Part shown: positions 10,525 through 20,145 of the stretch, one piece after another
Position numbering within the stretch: position 1 is the stretch's first letter
Layout: each line of letters starts with the position of its first letter
From: Novosphingobium sp.
GTDB taxonomy: Bacteria > Pseudomonadota > Alphaproteobacteria > Sphingomonadales > Sphingomonadaceae
Length of the DNA: 56,270 nt
NCBI GenBank assembly: GCA_023266625.1
Contig: JAHFPT010000029.1
Location: 1 to 56,270 of the forward strand
Direction: 5' to 3'
Notes under the pieces: generated by a model
Told to the model about the DNA's origin: nothing
Databases searched by the model: none
The model's input: only the letters and a program-made list of their open reading frames with translations
Program-made: the position numbers and the translations under genes

Positions 10525-11410
10525 TGCCCGGCTGATAGCAGATGCGGCGGTGCTGTCGGCAAATTCTGCGCCTGCGTTGGCGCAGCTGGCCGGACAGGGA
10601 ATATCCGCTTCGGCATCGCCGTTGCCGGGCGGTCAGGGCTTGCAATTTGTCGCCGAATCGGGCGAACTGGGCGCGATGCGGGCCGTGCTCGACGCCCATT
10701 TTGTCCCCTGTGACATGCTGATCGCGGACCACATCCCGGCCATCCCTCGCATCTTCGTCTCCGACATGGATTCGACGATGATCGCTGCCGAATGCATCGA
10801 CGAGCTGGCCGATTTTGCAGGGATCAAGCCGCAGATCGCCGCGATCACCGAGCGCGCCATGCTGGGCGAGCTCGATTTCGTAAGCGCATTGCGCGAGCGC
10901 GTCGCCCTGCTGCGCGGCCTGTCGCAAGACGCGATCGCCGAATGCCTGGCGACGCGCATCGCTATGATGCCGGGCGCAAAGGTGCTGGTCGAGACGCTCA
11001 AGGCCAAGGGCTGCCGCACCGTGCTGGTCACCGGCGGTTTCCACCAGTTCGCCGATCCGGTCGCTGAGGAACTGGGCTTCGAGCGGGTGGTGGCCAACCG
11101 TCTGGAAGTGGTGGATGGCAAGCTAACCGGCGGACTGGTCGGGCCGATCACTGACAGTGCGGTGAAAAAGGCCGTCCTGCTCGAAGAGGCAGCGCTGCTC
11201 GGTGCTGGCAAACCTGGTGAATTTATTGGCACGCTCGCCACTGGCGACGGTGCCAACGACATTCCGATGCTGGAGGCAGCGACCTATGGCATCGCCTTTG
11301 CGGCCAAGCCAAAGGCCCGCGCGGTGGCGGATGGCTGGATCGACCGGGGTAATTTGACCGGCGTGCTGGATCTATTTGGCGTTCCACGTAATGAGTGGGT
11401 CTGGGAATAG
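10517..11410 (+). CDS. serB: Phosphoserine phosphatase
   Basis: [32 protein letters not shown] 10517 with SD AGGGGA preferred over the track start. Confidence 0.95.
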   Translation: MLIARLIADAAVLSANSAPALAQLAGQGISASASPLPGGQGLQFVAESGELGAMRAVLDAHFVPCDMLIADHIPAIPRIFVSDMDSTMIAAECIDELADFAGIKPQIAAITERAMLGELDFVSALRERVALLRGLSQDAIAECLATRIAMMPGAKVLVETLKAKGCRTVLVTGGFHQFADPVAEELGFERVVANRLEVVDGKLTGGLVGPITDSAVKKAVLLEEAALLGAGKPGEFIGTLATGDGANDIPMLEAATYGIAFAAKPKARAVADGWIDRGNLTGVLDLFGVPRNEWVWE

Positions 11411-11478
11411 GCGCAAGCGATTGAAATACTGCGTGTCACGTTGACGATTTACTAACCAGAAGTTGGCATAGAGCGGCC

Positions 11479-12396
11479 ATGGATTTGGCCGAATTTCGCC
11501 GGTTTACCGAATATCTGCCCCCCGCCGAATCGCTGCGGGGCGGGCATGGCGAAACTGTGCCGCGCGATGATGCGCTGGAGGAACTGCTCGCCGCCTTCAT
11601 TGCCGGGAGGGAACCGCACCGGATTCTGCCGCTGGTCCATCCGGATCGCCAGTCGATGCGGTTCGACTGGTCAAGTGCGCTGAAACATTTCCGCCTTCTC
11701 CGCAGCGACAAGGAACGCACTCGCGAGGCCTTCCATATTTTCGAGGCGCTGCCCTGGGTCGGAATGACCGGTGCCGCCTGCACCTTTCTTGCGACAGATC
11801 GAGGTCAGGCGATCTACGCCAGCGAACCCTATCTGCCCGATATCCTCGAAGATCACGTTGCCCTCCGCCGTCTGCCAATGGGCAGCCTGGCGCATGACTA
11901 TTGCGACCATATGGAGCGCGAAAGTCTTTCTGCTGCCGAGCTGGTCGCCGAATATGAGGAGTGGCGCAGTGGCCGGGCGCGGCTTGACGACAAGGTCGAG
12001 TGGTATGTCGATCGGCTGCGCGACACCCATGATCTGCTGCACGTGCTCACCGGCTTCGGTCGCGACGTGCTGGGCGAGCAATGCGTGCTGGCTTTCGTGT
12101 ACAAACAGCGCCCCAGCGTCGGACATCTCTTCGTCGGCTATGCCGGTGCGGCAATGACGCGGCTGAATTCCGCATGGAAAGTGCCAGTCCTGCGCGCCGT
12201 CTTCGAGGCTCGCCAGATCGGCAAGGCCTGCCTGCCTATCGCCGAACAGCCGATCCGCGAACTGCTGGCCATGCCGACCGATGCGGTACGCGCGCGGCTC
12301 AACCTGCGCCCGGCGCGATACTATCCCAAAGCGCAACACATCTGGCGCGAAGAAGGCATCGATCCGCACCAGGTGCTGGCGAAGGCGGCGGCTTGA
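11479..12396 (+). CDS. Coq4 family protein
   Basis: HDLLHVLTGFGRDVLGE matches the HDxxH-x11-E metal motif. LRRLPMGSLAHDY. Confidence 0.85.
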   Translation: MDLAEFRRFTEYLPPAESLRGGHGETVPRDDALEELLAAFIAGREPHRILPLVHPDRQSMRFDWSSALKHFRLLRSDKERTREAFHIFEALPWVGMTGAACTFLATDRGQAIYASEPYLPDILEDHVALRRLPMGSLAHDYCDHMERESLSAAELVAEYEEWRSGRARLDDKVEWYVDRLRDTHDLLHVLTGFGRDVLGEQCVLAFVYKQRPSVGHLFVGYAGAAMTRLNSAWKVPVLRAVFEARQIGKACLPIAEQPIRELLAMPTDAVRARLNLRPARYYPKAQHIWREEGIDPHQVLAKAAA

Positions 12397-12409
12397 GGGG
12401 CGCGGGATT

Positions 12410-12787
12410 TCAGGGCTGGTAGGTGAGGCCGAGGCGTTCGGCCTGAACGCGAAGCCGCTTGTCGCGGGTAAGCAATGTTCCGCCTTCGATTAGGCGTACC
12501 GCTGCAATCAGATGGGCATCGACGAATCCAATGCCTTTGTTGTGAAGCTCCAACCACTCGATCATCGCGATCACTTCCGAATGCGAGGCCACAATTGTTT
12601 GCGGCAACTCCTGAAGCTCTTCCAGAACAGCCTTGCGTGACTTGATCGATCCGAGCGCAATTTCGCCATAAACAATCGGGTGCATCACCACCCATCGGCG
12701 TTTGAGCAGACCTGCCAGCCCTATATCGCCCTTGTTGATGTGGTCGATCCAGATCGAACTATCGACGAGGACTTTCGGCTGGGCCAT
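12410..12787 (-). CDS. vapC: VapC PIN-domain toxin
   Basis: VLVDSSIWIDH, HPIVYGEIALG, GIGFVDAHLIA, LLTRDKRL. TGATG coupling to the antitoxin; true start 12787. Confidence 0.93.
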   Translation of the reverse strand: MAQPKVLVDSSIWIDHINKGDIGLAGLLKRRWVVMHPIVYGEIALGSIKSRKAVLEELQELPQTIVASHSEVIAMIEWLELHNKGIGFVDAHLIAAVRLIEGGTLLTRDKRLRVQAERLGLTYQP

Positions 12788-12996
12788 CAATCCGGATTGA
12801 CGAACCGGGGCGGGCGACGGCGCGGCGCGGCTTTTGCGTCGGGATCGCTGCCGCCAAGCGCAATCAGGCGTTGCGCTGCCAAGCGCTGCCGCATCTCGAC
12901 GAGCGCCTGCCGGACAAGCGCGCTGGTTTCCTCGATCCCGAACCCTTCGCGGAGATCCTGAAGCAATTTGTCGTCGATGTTGACAGTGGTGCGCAT
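12787..12996 (-). CDS. vapB: VapB-family antitoxin
   Basis: MRTTVNIDDKLL..ALVRQAL..AAQRLIALGGSDP. Confidence 0.92.
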   Translation of the reverse strand: MRTTVNIDDKLLQDLREGFGIEETSALVRQALVEMRQRLAAQRLIALGGSDPDAKAAPRRRPPRFVNPD

Positions 12997-13002
12997 ACAT
13001 AA

Positions 13003-13031
13003 GAAATAGCATCAATTGATGCATGATTCAA
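13003..13031 (-). promoter_or_regulatory. vapBC promoter with palindromic operator
   Basis: TTGAAT-17 bp-TATTTC, 6 nt before the ATG. Perfect palindrome GCATCAATTGATGC (13009-13022) in the spacer. Confidence 0.65.
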
Positions 13032-13069
13032 TGACTGAATGCCTTACCACACGGTCGTTGGCTGAACCT

Positions 13070-13225
13070 TCAAACCTTGCCCTTCCCCTTATGATCGCGG
13101 ATCAGCCCATCCAGCGCCGCGATCCGCGTCCGTTCGGGCGTTTCCCTTGCCAGTCCCTTGAGTCGGCAGGTTGCCCACAGGCTTTTGCGTTCGGATTCGA
13201 GCGCCTTGAGATAGAGGTCGGCCAT
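13070..13225 (-). CDS. Small protein, 51 aa, coupled to purL
   Basis: Not in the track. [56 protein letters not shown] overlap with the purL stop, GGAAGG SD. Confidence 0.7.
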   Translation of the reverse strand: MADLYLKALESERKSLWATCRLKGLARETPERTRIAALDGLIRDHKGKGKV

Positions 13226-15483
13226 CAGCCTTCCATCCAGTCGCGGAAGAAGCTGTCGCTGGCTTCGCGGAGGGCGGTGAGGGGGACGTTGAGCGCTACC
13301 GTCCGCCCATCAATATAATCATCGACTAGCGCGGTACCAGTCGCAGTTCCTAGGCAATCCGCACCCACGCCCGCTGCATTTGCTGAGTCCAATAGGTTAA
13401 AATAATCTCGTGTTTCGACAATATACCGCCCTTGGTGTTCACCAAACGGCCAATCCGCGCCAGCCAGCAGCCAGTCGGGCAGGATGCGTGCGCCTATGCC
13501 GCCTGCCAATGCCATTTCAGCGATGGCAACCAGCCAACCGCCGTCCGAGACATCATGAACGGCTAGTGCTTGGCCGCTTTCGATAATCTCTCGGACAAAT
13601 TCGCCGACGCAACGCTCAAATTTCAAATCGACTTTTGGCGCTTCGCCGCCTTCTCTTCCGGCAATCTCTCGCAACCAAAGTGATTGTCCGAGGTGCCCGG
13701 GCGCATGCTTGTCGCTACATTCACTATCAGACAACAGCACGATTGCCGACCCATCCTCCTTAAACCCAATCGTCGCCATCTTCTCATGGTCTTGCATCAG
13801 GCCCACGCCGCCAATCGCAGGCGTCGGCAAAATCGCAGACCCACCCCCCGTCGCCTTGCTCTCATTATAAAGCGACACATTCCCGCTCACGATCGGGAAA
13901 TCGAGCGCCCGGCAGGCATCGCCCATGCCCTCCAGACAGCCGACAATCTGCGCCATGATCTCGGGCCGCTGCGGGTTGCCGAAGTTGAGGCAGTTGGTGA
14001 TCGCCAGCGGCGTCGCGCCGACCGCGCAGAGGTTGCGGTAACACTCCGCCACTGCCTGTTTGCCGCCCTCATAGGGATCGGTATAGCAATAGCGCGGGGT
14101 GCAGTCGGTGCTCATGGCGAGTGCCTTTTGGGTGCCGTGTATGCGGACAACCGCCGCATCGCCGCCCGATTTCTGCAAGGTGTCCGCGCCGACCTGGCTG
14201 TCGTATTGCTCCCAGATCCAACGGCGGCTGGCCAGGTCCGGGCAGGCCATCAGCTTGAGCAGGTCCGCGCCGATGTCGGTGCTTTCGGGCACGTCGCCGA
14301 GCGGTTTGACCTTGGCCCAGGCCTTGTAATCCTCGCGCGACATCGCTGGGCGGTCATAAAGCGGCGCATCGTCGGCCAGCGGATCGAGCGGAATATCGCA
14401 GACCACCTCGCCATCGAATTCCAGCACCATATGCCCGGTATCGGTGACTTCGCCGATCACCGCGAAATCCAGTTCCCACTTGCGGAAGATCGCCTCGGCC
14501 ATTGGTTCCTTGCCGGGCTTCAAGACCATGAGCATGCGCTCCTGGCTTTCGCTCAGCATCATTTCATAGGGCGTCATATGCTCTTCGCGGCAGGGCACCA
14601 TGTTCATGTTCAGCCGGATGCCCGCGCCACCCTTGGAGGCCATTTCGACCGAAGAAGACGTCAGCCCCGCCGCGCCCATATCCTGGATGGCGACAATCGC
14701 GTCAGTCGCCATCAGTTCAAGGCAGGCTTCAATCAGCAACTTCTCGGTGAAGGGATCGCCGACTTGCACGGTCGGGCGCTTTTCGTCCGAATTTTCGTCG
14801 AAATCGGCGCTGGCCATGGTCGCGCCGTGGATGCCGTCGCGGCCGGTCTTGGAGCCGACATAGACGATCGGATTGCCGAGGCCCGTCGCCGCGGAGTAAA
14901 AAATCTTGTCCTGTTCGGCGACGCCGACAGTCATCGCGTTGACCAGAATATTGCCGTCATAGGCTTTGTGGAAATTGGTCTCGCCACCAACCGTCGGCAC
15001 GCCAACGCAATTGCCATAGCCACCAATCCCGGCGACGACGCCCTGGACCAGATGCTTCATTTTCGGGTGCTTGGGATCGCCAAAGCGCAGCGCGTTCAGA
15101 TTGGCGACGGGCCGCGCGCCCATGGTGAAGACATCGCGCAGGATGCCGCCGACCCCGGTCGCTGCGCCCTGATAGGGTTCGATGTAGCTCGGGTGGTTGT
15201 GCGACTCCATCTTGAAGATGCAGGCCTGATTATCGCCAATGTCGATCACCCCGGCATTCTCGCCCGGCCCGCAGATCACCCAGGGCGCCTCGGTGGGCAG
15301 CTTTTTGAGATGGATGCGGCTGCTCTTGTAGGAGCAATGCTCTGACCACATCACCGAGAAAATGCCGAGCTCGACCAGATTGGGCTCGCGGCCCAATGCA
15401 TGGAGGACGCGGGCATATTCTTCTTCGGACAGCCCGTGGGCGGCGACTACATCGGGGGTGATCGGAGAAGGGGATTCTTGCAT
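13225..15483 (-). CDS. purL: Phosphoribosylformylglycinamidine synthase subunit PurL
   Basis: [49 protein letters not shown] 15483 preferred. Confidence 0.98.
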   Translation of the reverse strand: MQESPSPITPDVVAAHGLSEEEYARVLHALGREPNLVELGIFSVMWSEHCSYKSSRIHLKKLPTEAPWVICGPGENAGVIDIGDNQACIFKMESHNHPSYIEPYQGAATGVGGILRDVFTMGARPVANLNALRFGDPKHPKMKHLVQGVVAGIGGYGNCVGVPTVGGETNFHKAYDGNILVNAMTVGVAEQDKIFYSAATGLGNPIVYVGSKTGRDGIHGATMASADFDENSDEKRPTVQVGDPFTEKLLIEACLELMATDAIVAIQDMGAAGLTSSSVEMASKGGAGIRLNMNMVPCREEHMTPYEMMLSESQERMLMVLKPGKEPMAEAIFRKWELDFAVIGEVTDTGHMVLEFDGEVVCDIPLDPLADDAPLYDRPAMSREDYKAWAKVKPLGDVPESTDIGADLLKLMACPDLASRRWIWEQYDSQVGADTLQKSGGDAAVVRIHGTQKALAMSTDCTPRYCYTDPYEGGKQAVAECYRNLCAVGATPLAITNCLNFGNPQRPEIMAQIVGCLEGMGDACRALDFPIVSGNVSLYNESKATGGGSAILPTPAIGGVGLMQDHEKMATIGFKEDGSAIVLLSDSECSDKHAPGHLGQSLWLREIAGREGGEAPKVDLKFERCVGEFVREIIESGQALAVHDVSDGGWLVAIAEMALAGGIGARILPDWLLAGADWPFGEHQGRYIVETRDYFNLLDSANAAGVGADCLGTATGTALVDDYIDGRTVALNVPLTALREASDSFFRDWMEG

Positions 15484-15608
15484 GTCGCGCGCCTTAGCGG
15501 CGGGTGTCACTTGCGGCTAGTCGGGAAGAGCGATTCTCCCCGCAGTTTGGCATTCGAGGCGGTCGTGCTAAGTTGCCTGCTGTTTCAGGGTCGCAGGGGA
15601 CTAGGGCC

Positions 15609-16070
15609 ATGGCAGTTGAAATCGTCGAAGGTACACTTGAGCCGGGACAACCGAAGCGCAACAAGCGCGGCTATGGCTTATTCCCCGAACTGACGATCAG
15701 GACCGCAGGCGGCCAGGCAAGAACATTCACCAAAGTCGTGTCGGGCGAGCCCGTAACCTCGCAAATTATCGCTGGCGGGGACGGGCGCTTTTATTTGACC
15801 CGGTTCGGAGGCGGGATTGGTTTGATTGGCGTGCGCAGACCCGACAATTCCAATTATTACAGTCATTATACCAACATGATACCGGTAGTGTTAGTGGTTG
15901 GCGCATTGGGGGCGCTGATGGGCGTTGCCAAGTTTGGTTTCGGCGTTGCTGATTTGCCCTTGACCCCCGCAGTGGTGGGGCCACTGTTGATGATTGCAGG
16001 ATTTTATTTCAGCAGTCAGAAAAATGCCGCAAGGCGCGCCTTCGAAGCCGATACGCCATCATCCGCGTGA
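15609..16070 (+). CDS. Hypothetical membrane protein (beta-rich N-terminus, 2 C-terminal TM helices)
   Basis: ATG 15609 after AGGGGA. Two hydrophobic segments. Lower GC than neighbours. Confidence 0.75.
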   Translation: MAVEIVEGTLEPGQPKRNKRGYGLFPELTIRTAGGQARTFTKVVSGEPVTSQIIAGGDGRFYLTRFGGGIGLIGVRRPDNSNYYSHYTNMIPVVLVVGALGALMGVAKFGFGVADLPLTPAVVGPLLMIAGFYFSSQKNAARRAFEADTPSSA

Positions 16071-16112
16071 TAGCTTGACCCTGGCTGCGGTCCCCGGCAA
16101 TGCTGGCACCCG

Positions 16113-16364
16113 ATGAACGAGACGACCGAACTCCAGACGATGAGCTTCGAGGACGCCTTGCGCGCGCTCGAGGATGTCGTGCGCAAGCTTGAAAGCGGCG
16201 AAGCTCCGCTTGACGATTCGATCTCGCTCTATGAACGCGGCGAAGCCTTGCGCAAGCTCTGCCAGGCGCGGCTCGATGCGGCGCAGGCGCGGATCGAGAA
16301 GATTGTCGCCGGGCCGGACGGGGCACCTCTGGGCGTTCAGCCGTTTGATGAGTCGGGCCGTTGA
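16113..16364 (+). CDS. xseB: Exodeoxyribonuclease VII small subunit
   Basis: SFEDALRALEDVVRKLESG..LDDSISLYERG. Confidence 0.96.
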   Translation: MNETTELQTMSFEDALRALEDVVRKLESGEAPLDDSISLYERGEALRKLCQARLDAAQARIEKIVAGPDGAPLGVQPFDESGR

Positions 16365-17275
16365 TTGTGGTGGGGGCGGGCGTTGCCGATTCGCAGCTGA
16401 CCGGCGCCCTTGCGCGCATCCAGCGCGAGATCGACGCCAAATTCGATGCATTGCTGCCACTACCCTCCGATCCCCGCACCCGGCTGATCGAGGCGATGCG
16501 CTATGCTGCAATCGGCGGCGGCAAGCGGCTGCGGCCGCTGCTGGTGAGTGCGACGGCCGATATGTTTCGCGTCGATCGCGACGCCGCAGTGCGTGCCGGG
16601 GCGGCGGTCGAGGCGATCCATGTCTATTCGCTGATCCACGATGATCTGCCTTGCATGGATGACGACGCCATGCGCCACGGCAAACCGACCATCCACCGCG
16701 CCTTCGATGAGGCCACAGCGGTGCTGGCGGGCGACGCGCTGCACGATCTTGCCTTCGAAATTCTGGCCGATCCGGTCACTTCGGGCGATCCCTTCACCCG
16801 CATCGAGCTGGTCGGTGCGCTCGCCAGTGCCAGCGGCGCGCAGGGCATGGCGGGCGGGCAGATGATGGATATGGTCGCCGAAGACAGCAGCTTCGATCTC
16901 CAGACCGTCACCAGGTTGCAGCAGCTTAAGACCGGGGCCTTGCTCGCGGCTTCGGTCGAAATGGGAGCGATTCTCGGCAAGGTCGCGCCGGAAGGGCGCG
17001 GGCAACTGCGCGCCTACGCCCGTGATATCGGCCTCGCCTTCCAGATTGCCGACGACCTGCTCGATCACGAAGGCGATGAGGCGGCGGCGGGCAAGGCGCT
17101 GCGCAAGGATTCGGCGGCGGGCAAGCAGACTTTTGTTTCGCTGCTCGGGCCCGAGCGGGCGCGGGCGCAGGCAAGCGCGCTGGTCGATCAGGCGATTGCC
17201 CACCTCGCCCAACATGGCAAGGAGGCGGAATTGCTGCGAGAACTGGCGCGCTATATCGTTGAAAGGAATCACTGA
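16361..17275 (+). CDS. ispA: Polyprenyl (farnesyl) diphosphate synthase
   Basis: GGKRLRP, SLIHDDLPCMDDD, GGQMMD, KTGAL, FQIADDLLD. Confidence 0.95.
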   Translation: MIVVGAGVADSQLTGALARIQREIDAKFDALLPLPSDPRTRLIEAMRYAAIGGGKRLRPLLVSATADMFRVDRDAAVRAGAAVEAIHVYSLIHDDLPCMDDDAMRHGKPTIHRAFDEATAVLAGDALHDLAFEILADPVTSGDPFTRIELVGALASASGAQGMAGGQMMDMVAEDSSFDLQTVTRLQQLKTGALLAASVEMGAILGKVAPEGRGQLRAYARDIGLAFQIADDLLDHEGDEAAAGKALRKDSAAGKQTFVSLLGPERARAQASALVDQAIAHLAQHGKEAELLRELARYIVERNH

Positions 17276-17799
17276 TGGCGCATTCCGGCGGCACCCGTAT
17301 CGGCGTCTATCCCGGCACTTTCGATCCGATCACCCTGGGGCATGCGGACATCATCCGGCGTGGGGCCAAGCTGGTCGATAAGCTGATCATCGGGGTTACC
17401 ACCAACCTTTCCAAAAATCCGATGTTCACCCCCGACGAGCGTATGGCGATGGTGGAGCGCGAAGTTGCCGCGCTGGGTATCGACAATGTCGAGGTGGTCG
17501 GTTTCAATGCCCTGCTGATGCGCTTTGCCGCAAAGCAGGGCGCGACTGTGATCGTGCGCGGTCTGCGGGCAGTGACAGACTTCGAATATGAATTCCAGAT
17601 GACGGGAATGAACCGGCAGCTCAATGCCGGGATCGAGACCGTATTCCTGATGGCCGAGGTTGGCCTTCAGCCGATTGCCTCCAAGATGGTCAAGGAAATA
17701 GCCCAGTTCGGCGGCGATATCGCGCCCTTCGTCAGCCCGGCAGTGCGAGACGATGTCGTTGCACGGGTGGCACAGACCGGGCGGCTTGGCGATTATTAG
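17275..17799 (+). CDS. coaD: Phosphopantetheine adenylyltransferase
   Basis: YPGTFDPITLGH, RGLRAVTDFEYE. Confidence 0.97.
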   Translation: MAHSGGTRIGVYPGTFDPITLGHADIIRRGAKLVDKLIIGVTTNLSKNPMFTPDERMAMVEREVAALGIDNVEVVGFNALLMRFAAKQGATVIVRGLRAVTDFEYEFQMTGMNRQLNAGIETVFLMAEVGLQPIASKMVKEIAQFGGDIAPFVSPAVRDDVVARVAQTGRLGDY

Positions 17800-17929
17800 C
17801 GGTGGGGGCTGCTCGTTCATTGCCATGACAGCAGGGTGGCGGTATGCGCCGCAGCATTGATGGCGCATAGCGCTGTGCCGCGCGCGGCGATTGGTTGAGG
17901 CCGCAAGCGGCTAGGGTTGAGAGAGACTG

Positions 17930-18604
17930 ATGATTCCTTCTCGCATTGCATTGTTTTTTCTTGGTCTTTCTCTCGCCATAAGTCCGGCGCTGGCCAAGAA
18001 GGCACCGCCACTGGCGCTGGCTTCGTCGCTGCCGACGATTGTCAATCCGGATCCGACCGTGGCCCCGGAGAATGTGCTCTATCTTGATCTGTCGAACGGT
18101 GGCCGGGTGTCAATCCGGCTGATGCCCGAATGGGCGCCGAACCATGTCGAGCGGATCAAGACGCTGGTCAAACAGGGTTTTTACAACGGCATCATTTTCC
18201 ACCGGGTGATCGACGGCTTCATGGCACAGACTGGCGATCCGACCGGGACCGGAGCAAGCGGCTCGACGCTACCCGACCTCAAGGCCGAGTTCAATTCGAT
18301 GCCGCATCTGCGCGGCACGCTGTCGATGGCGCGGACCGATGCGCCCGACAGCGCCAACAGCCAGTTTTTCATCGTCTTCTATCCGCGCTTCGCGCTGGAC
18401 CGGAAATATACGGTGTTCGGCCGGGTGATCGGCGGCATGGATGTGGTCGACCGCATCGAACGCGGCGAGCCGCCGGAGCATCCGACCAGGATACTTCAGG
18501 CCTCGATGGCGGAGGATCGTATGCCGCTCCCGGTCATGCCCGCGCCTGCTGCTGCGCCGACGGCGATTACGGCGGATCAACTGAGCAATTCGAAGTCGAA
18601 TTAG
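17930..18604 (+). CDS. Cyclophilin-type peptidyl-prolyl isomerase, exported
   Basis: Signal peptide, FHRVIDGFMAQTGDP, SMAR, SANSQFFI. Confidence 0.95.
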   Translation: MIPSRIALFFLGLSLAISPALAKKAPPLALASSLPTIVNPDPTVAPENVLYLDLSNGGRVSIRLMPEWAPNHVERIKTLVKQGFYNGIIFHRVIDGFMAQTGDPTGTGASGSTLPDLKAEFNSMPHLRGTLSMARTDAPDSANSQFFIVFYPRFALDRKYTVFGRVIGGMDVVDRIERGEPPEHPTRILQASMAEDRMPLPVMPAPAAAPTAITADQLSNSKSN

Positions 18605-18635
18605 GGCTTGTTTGGGGCGGAGGTTGGCGCGGCAT

Positions 18636-18731
18636 CCTTCGACAAGCTCAGGATGAGCGGAGGTGGGTTTGAATTCTCAAGCCAAGACCGCACCCAATCC
18701 CAAACCCCGCTCAGCCTGAGCTTGTCGAAGG
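18636..18731. repeat. REP-like inverted pair
   Basis: CCTTCGACAAGCTCAGGATGAGCGG (18636-18660) and CCGCTCAGCCTGAGCTTGTCGAAGG (18707-18731), 1 mismatch. Confidence 0.88.
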
Positions 18732-18756
18732 CCACGCGCTACCCTAGCTCTCCTTC

Positions 18757-19788
18757 ATGCGCGTAGACCTCTTCGATTTCCACCTGCCGCATGAGCGCAT
18801 CGCGCTGCGCCCTGTCCGGCCTCGCGATGCCGCGCGGATGTTGGTGGTCGAGGGTAATGCCCCCTTTGGGGATCGCCACGTCCGTGACCTGCCGCTGCTG
18901 CTGCGCAAGGGCGATGTGCTGGTGTTCAACGACACCCGCGTCATCCCGGCGCAGCTCGAAGGCAAACGGGGAGAGGCGCGGATAGGCGTAACGCTCCACA
19001 AACGGCTGGATTTGCGCCGCTGGCAAGCATTTGTCCGTAACGGTAGGCGGCTGCGCGAAGGCGACCGGATCGCGTTCCCCTCCGATGTCGCCGCCATCGC
19101 CGAAGCACGTCACGCCGATGGCAGTTGGACGCTCCGCTTCGTCGGCGACGAGCCGGTCGAAGTGCTGCTCGAGCGGGCAGGCAAGATGCCGCTGCCGCCC
19201 TACATTGCCGGAAAGCGGGCGACCGATGAGGCCGACCGCAGCGACTATCAGACGATGTTTGCCCGCGAAGAAGGCGCGGTCGCCGCGCCGACCGCCGCGC
19301 TGCATTTCACCCACGAACTGATGGCAGCGCTGGCTGAGGCAGGCATTGGCCACGAAACCCTGACCCTGCATGTCGGGGCGGGGACCTTCCTGCCGGTCAA
19401 GGCTGAGGATACAGCGAGCCATGTCATGCACGCCGAATGGGGCCGGATCGATGAGGCGACCGCCGAACGGCTCAACGCCGCGCGCGGCGCTGGCGGGCGG
19501 ATCATTGCGGTCGGCACTACAAGCCTGCGGCTGCTCGAAAATGCGTCGAGTGAGTACGGCGCAATCCGCCCCTTCGAAGGCGACACCGCGATTTTCATCA
19601 CCCCCGGCTATCGCTTCCGCGCCATCGATGGACTGATGACGAACTTCCACCTGCCGCGCTCGACGCTGTTCATGCTGGTCTCGGCGCTGGTGGGGCTGGA
19701 CCGGATACGCAGCGCCTATGCCCATGCGATTGCAGAGGACTACCGGTTTTACTCCTACGGCGATGCGAGCTTGCTCTTGCCGGAGTAA
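18757..19788 (+). CDS. queA: S-adenosylmethionine:tRNA ribosyltransferase-isomerase
   Basis: [51 protein letters not shown]. Confidence 0.98.
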   Translation: MRVDLFDFHLPHERIALRPVRPRDAARMLVVEGNAPFGDRHVRDLPLLLRKGDVLVFNDTRVIPAQLEGKRGEARIGVTLHKRLDLRRWQAFVRNGRRLREGDRIAFPSDVAAIAEARHADGSWTLRFVGDEPVEVLLERAGKMPLPPYIAGKRATDEADRSDYQTMFAREEGAVAAPTAALHFTHELMAALAEAGIGHETLTLHVGAGTFLPVKAEDTASHVMHAEWGRIDEATAERLNAARGAGGRIIAVGTTSLRLLENASSEYGAIRPFEGDTAIFITPGYRFRAIDGLMTNFHLPRSTLFMLVSALVGLDRIRSAYAHAIAEDYRFYSYGDASLLLPE

Positions 19789-19819
19789 ACCAAGCTTCAG
19801 TAATCCCGGAACGCTGCGC

Positions 19820-20023
19820 CTATTGCAGGGTGTCCCCATTGAGATTGCCGAAGTCAGCCTCGTTGGTGCGCAGGGTCAGCGAATTCAGCGCCATGTCAAC
19901 ATAGGCTGCAGCGAGGTGCTGCCCGGAACGGTCCAGGGCCCTGAGAGCCGTCTCCAGCAGGGCAATGCTTCCGGTAAGCTCGCAACCATAGGAAAACGCT
20001 ACAATTTCTAGTGCAGATTTCAT
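19820..20023 (-). CDS. Small hypothetical helical protein, 67 aa
   Basis: Amphipathic core IALLETALRALDRSGQHLAAAYVDMALNSL. Fills the gap between queA and the P450. Confidence 0.55.
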   Translation of the reverse strand: MKSALEIVAFSYGCELTGSIALLETALRALDRSGQHLAAAYVDMALNSLTLRTNEADFGNLNGDTLQ

Positions 20024-20087
20024 GGATCGATGCCCCCACCCGACTCATGTGCCGGAAGTGCATCATTCGCAGGGGTGCGTTTTCAAG

Positions 20088-20121
20088 TGTCTGAATGTGG
20101 CTTGCAGCGTATATTCAGACA
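20088..20121. terminator. Hairpin downstream of the P450
   Basis: TGTCTGAAT...ATTCAGACA inverted repeat about 25 nt after the P450 stop; weak U tail. Confidence 0.45.
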
Positions 20122-20145
20122 GGAATGGATTCTGGATCGTAGGGT

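Noticed and set aside
12788-13024. N-terminal extension of VapC in the 204-aa track ORF
   Set aside because: Overlaps vapB out of frame; the PIN domain starts at ATG 12787.
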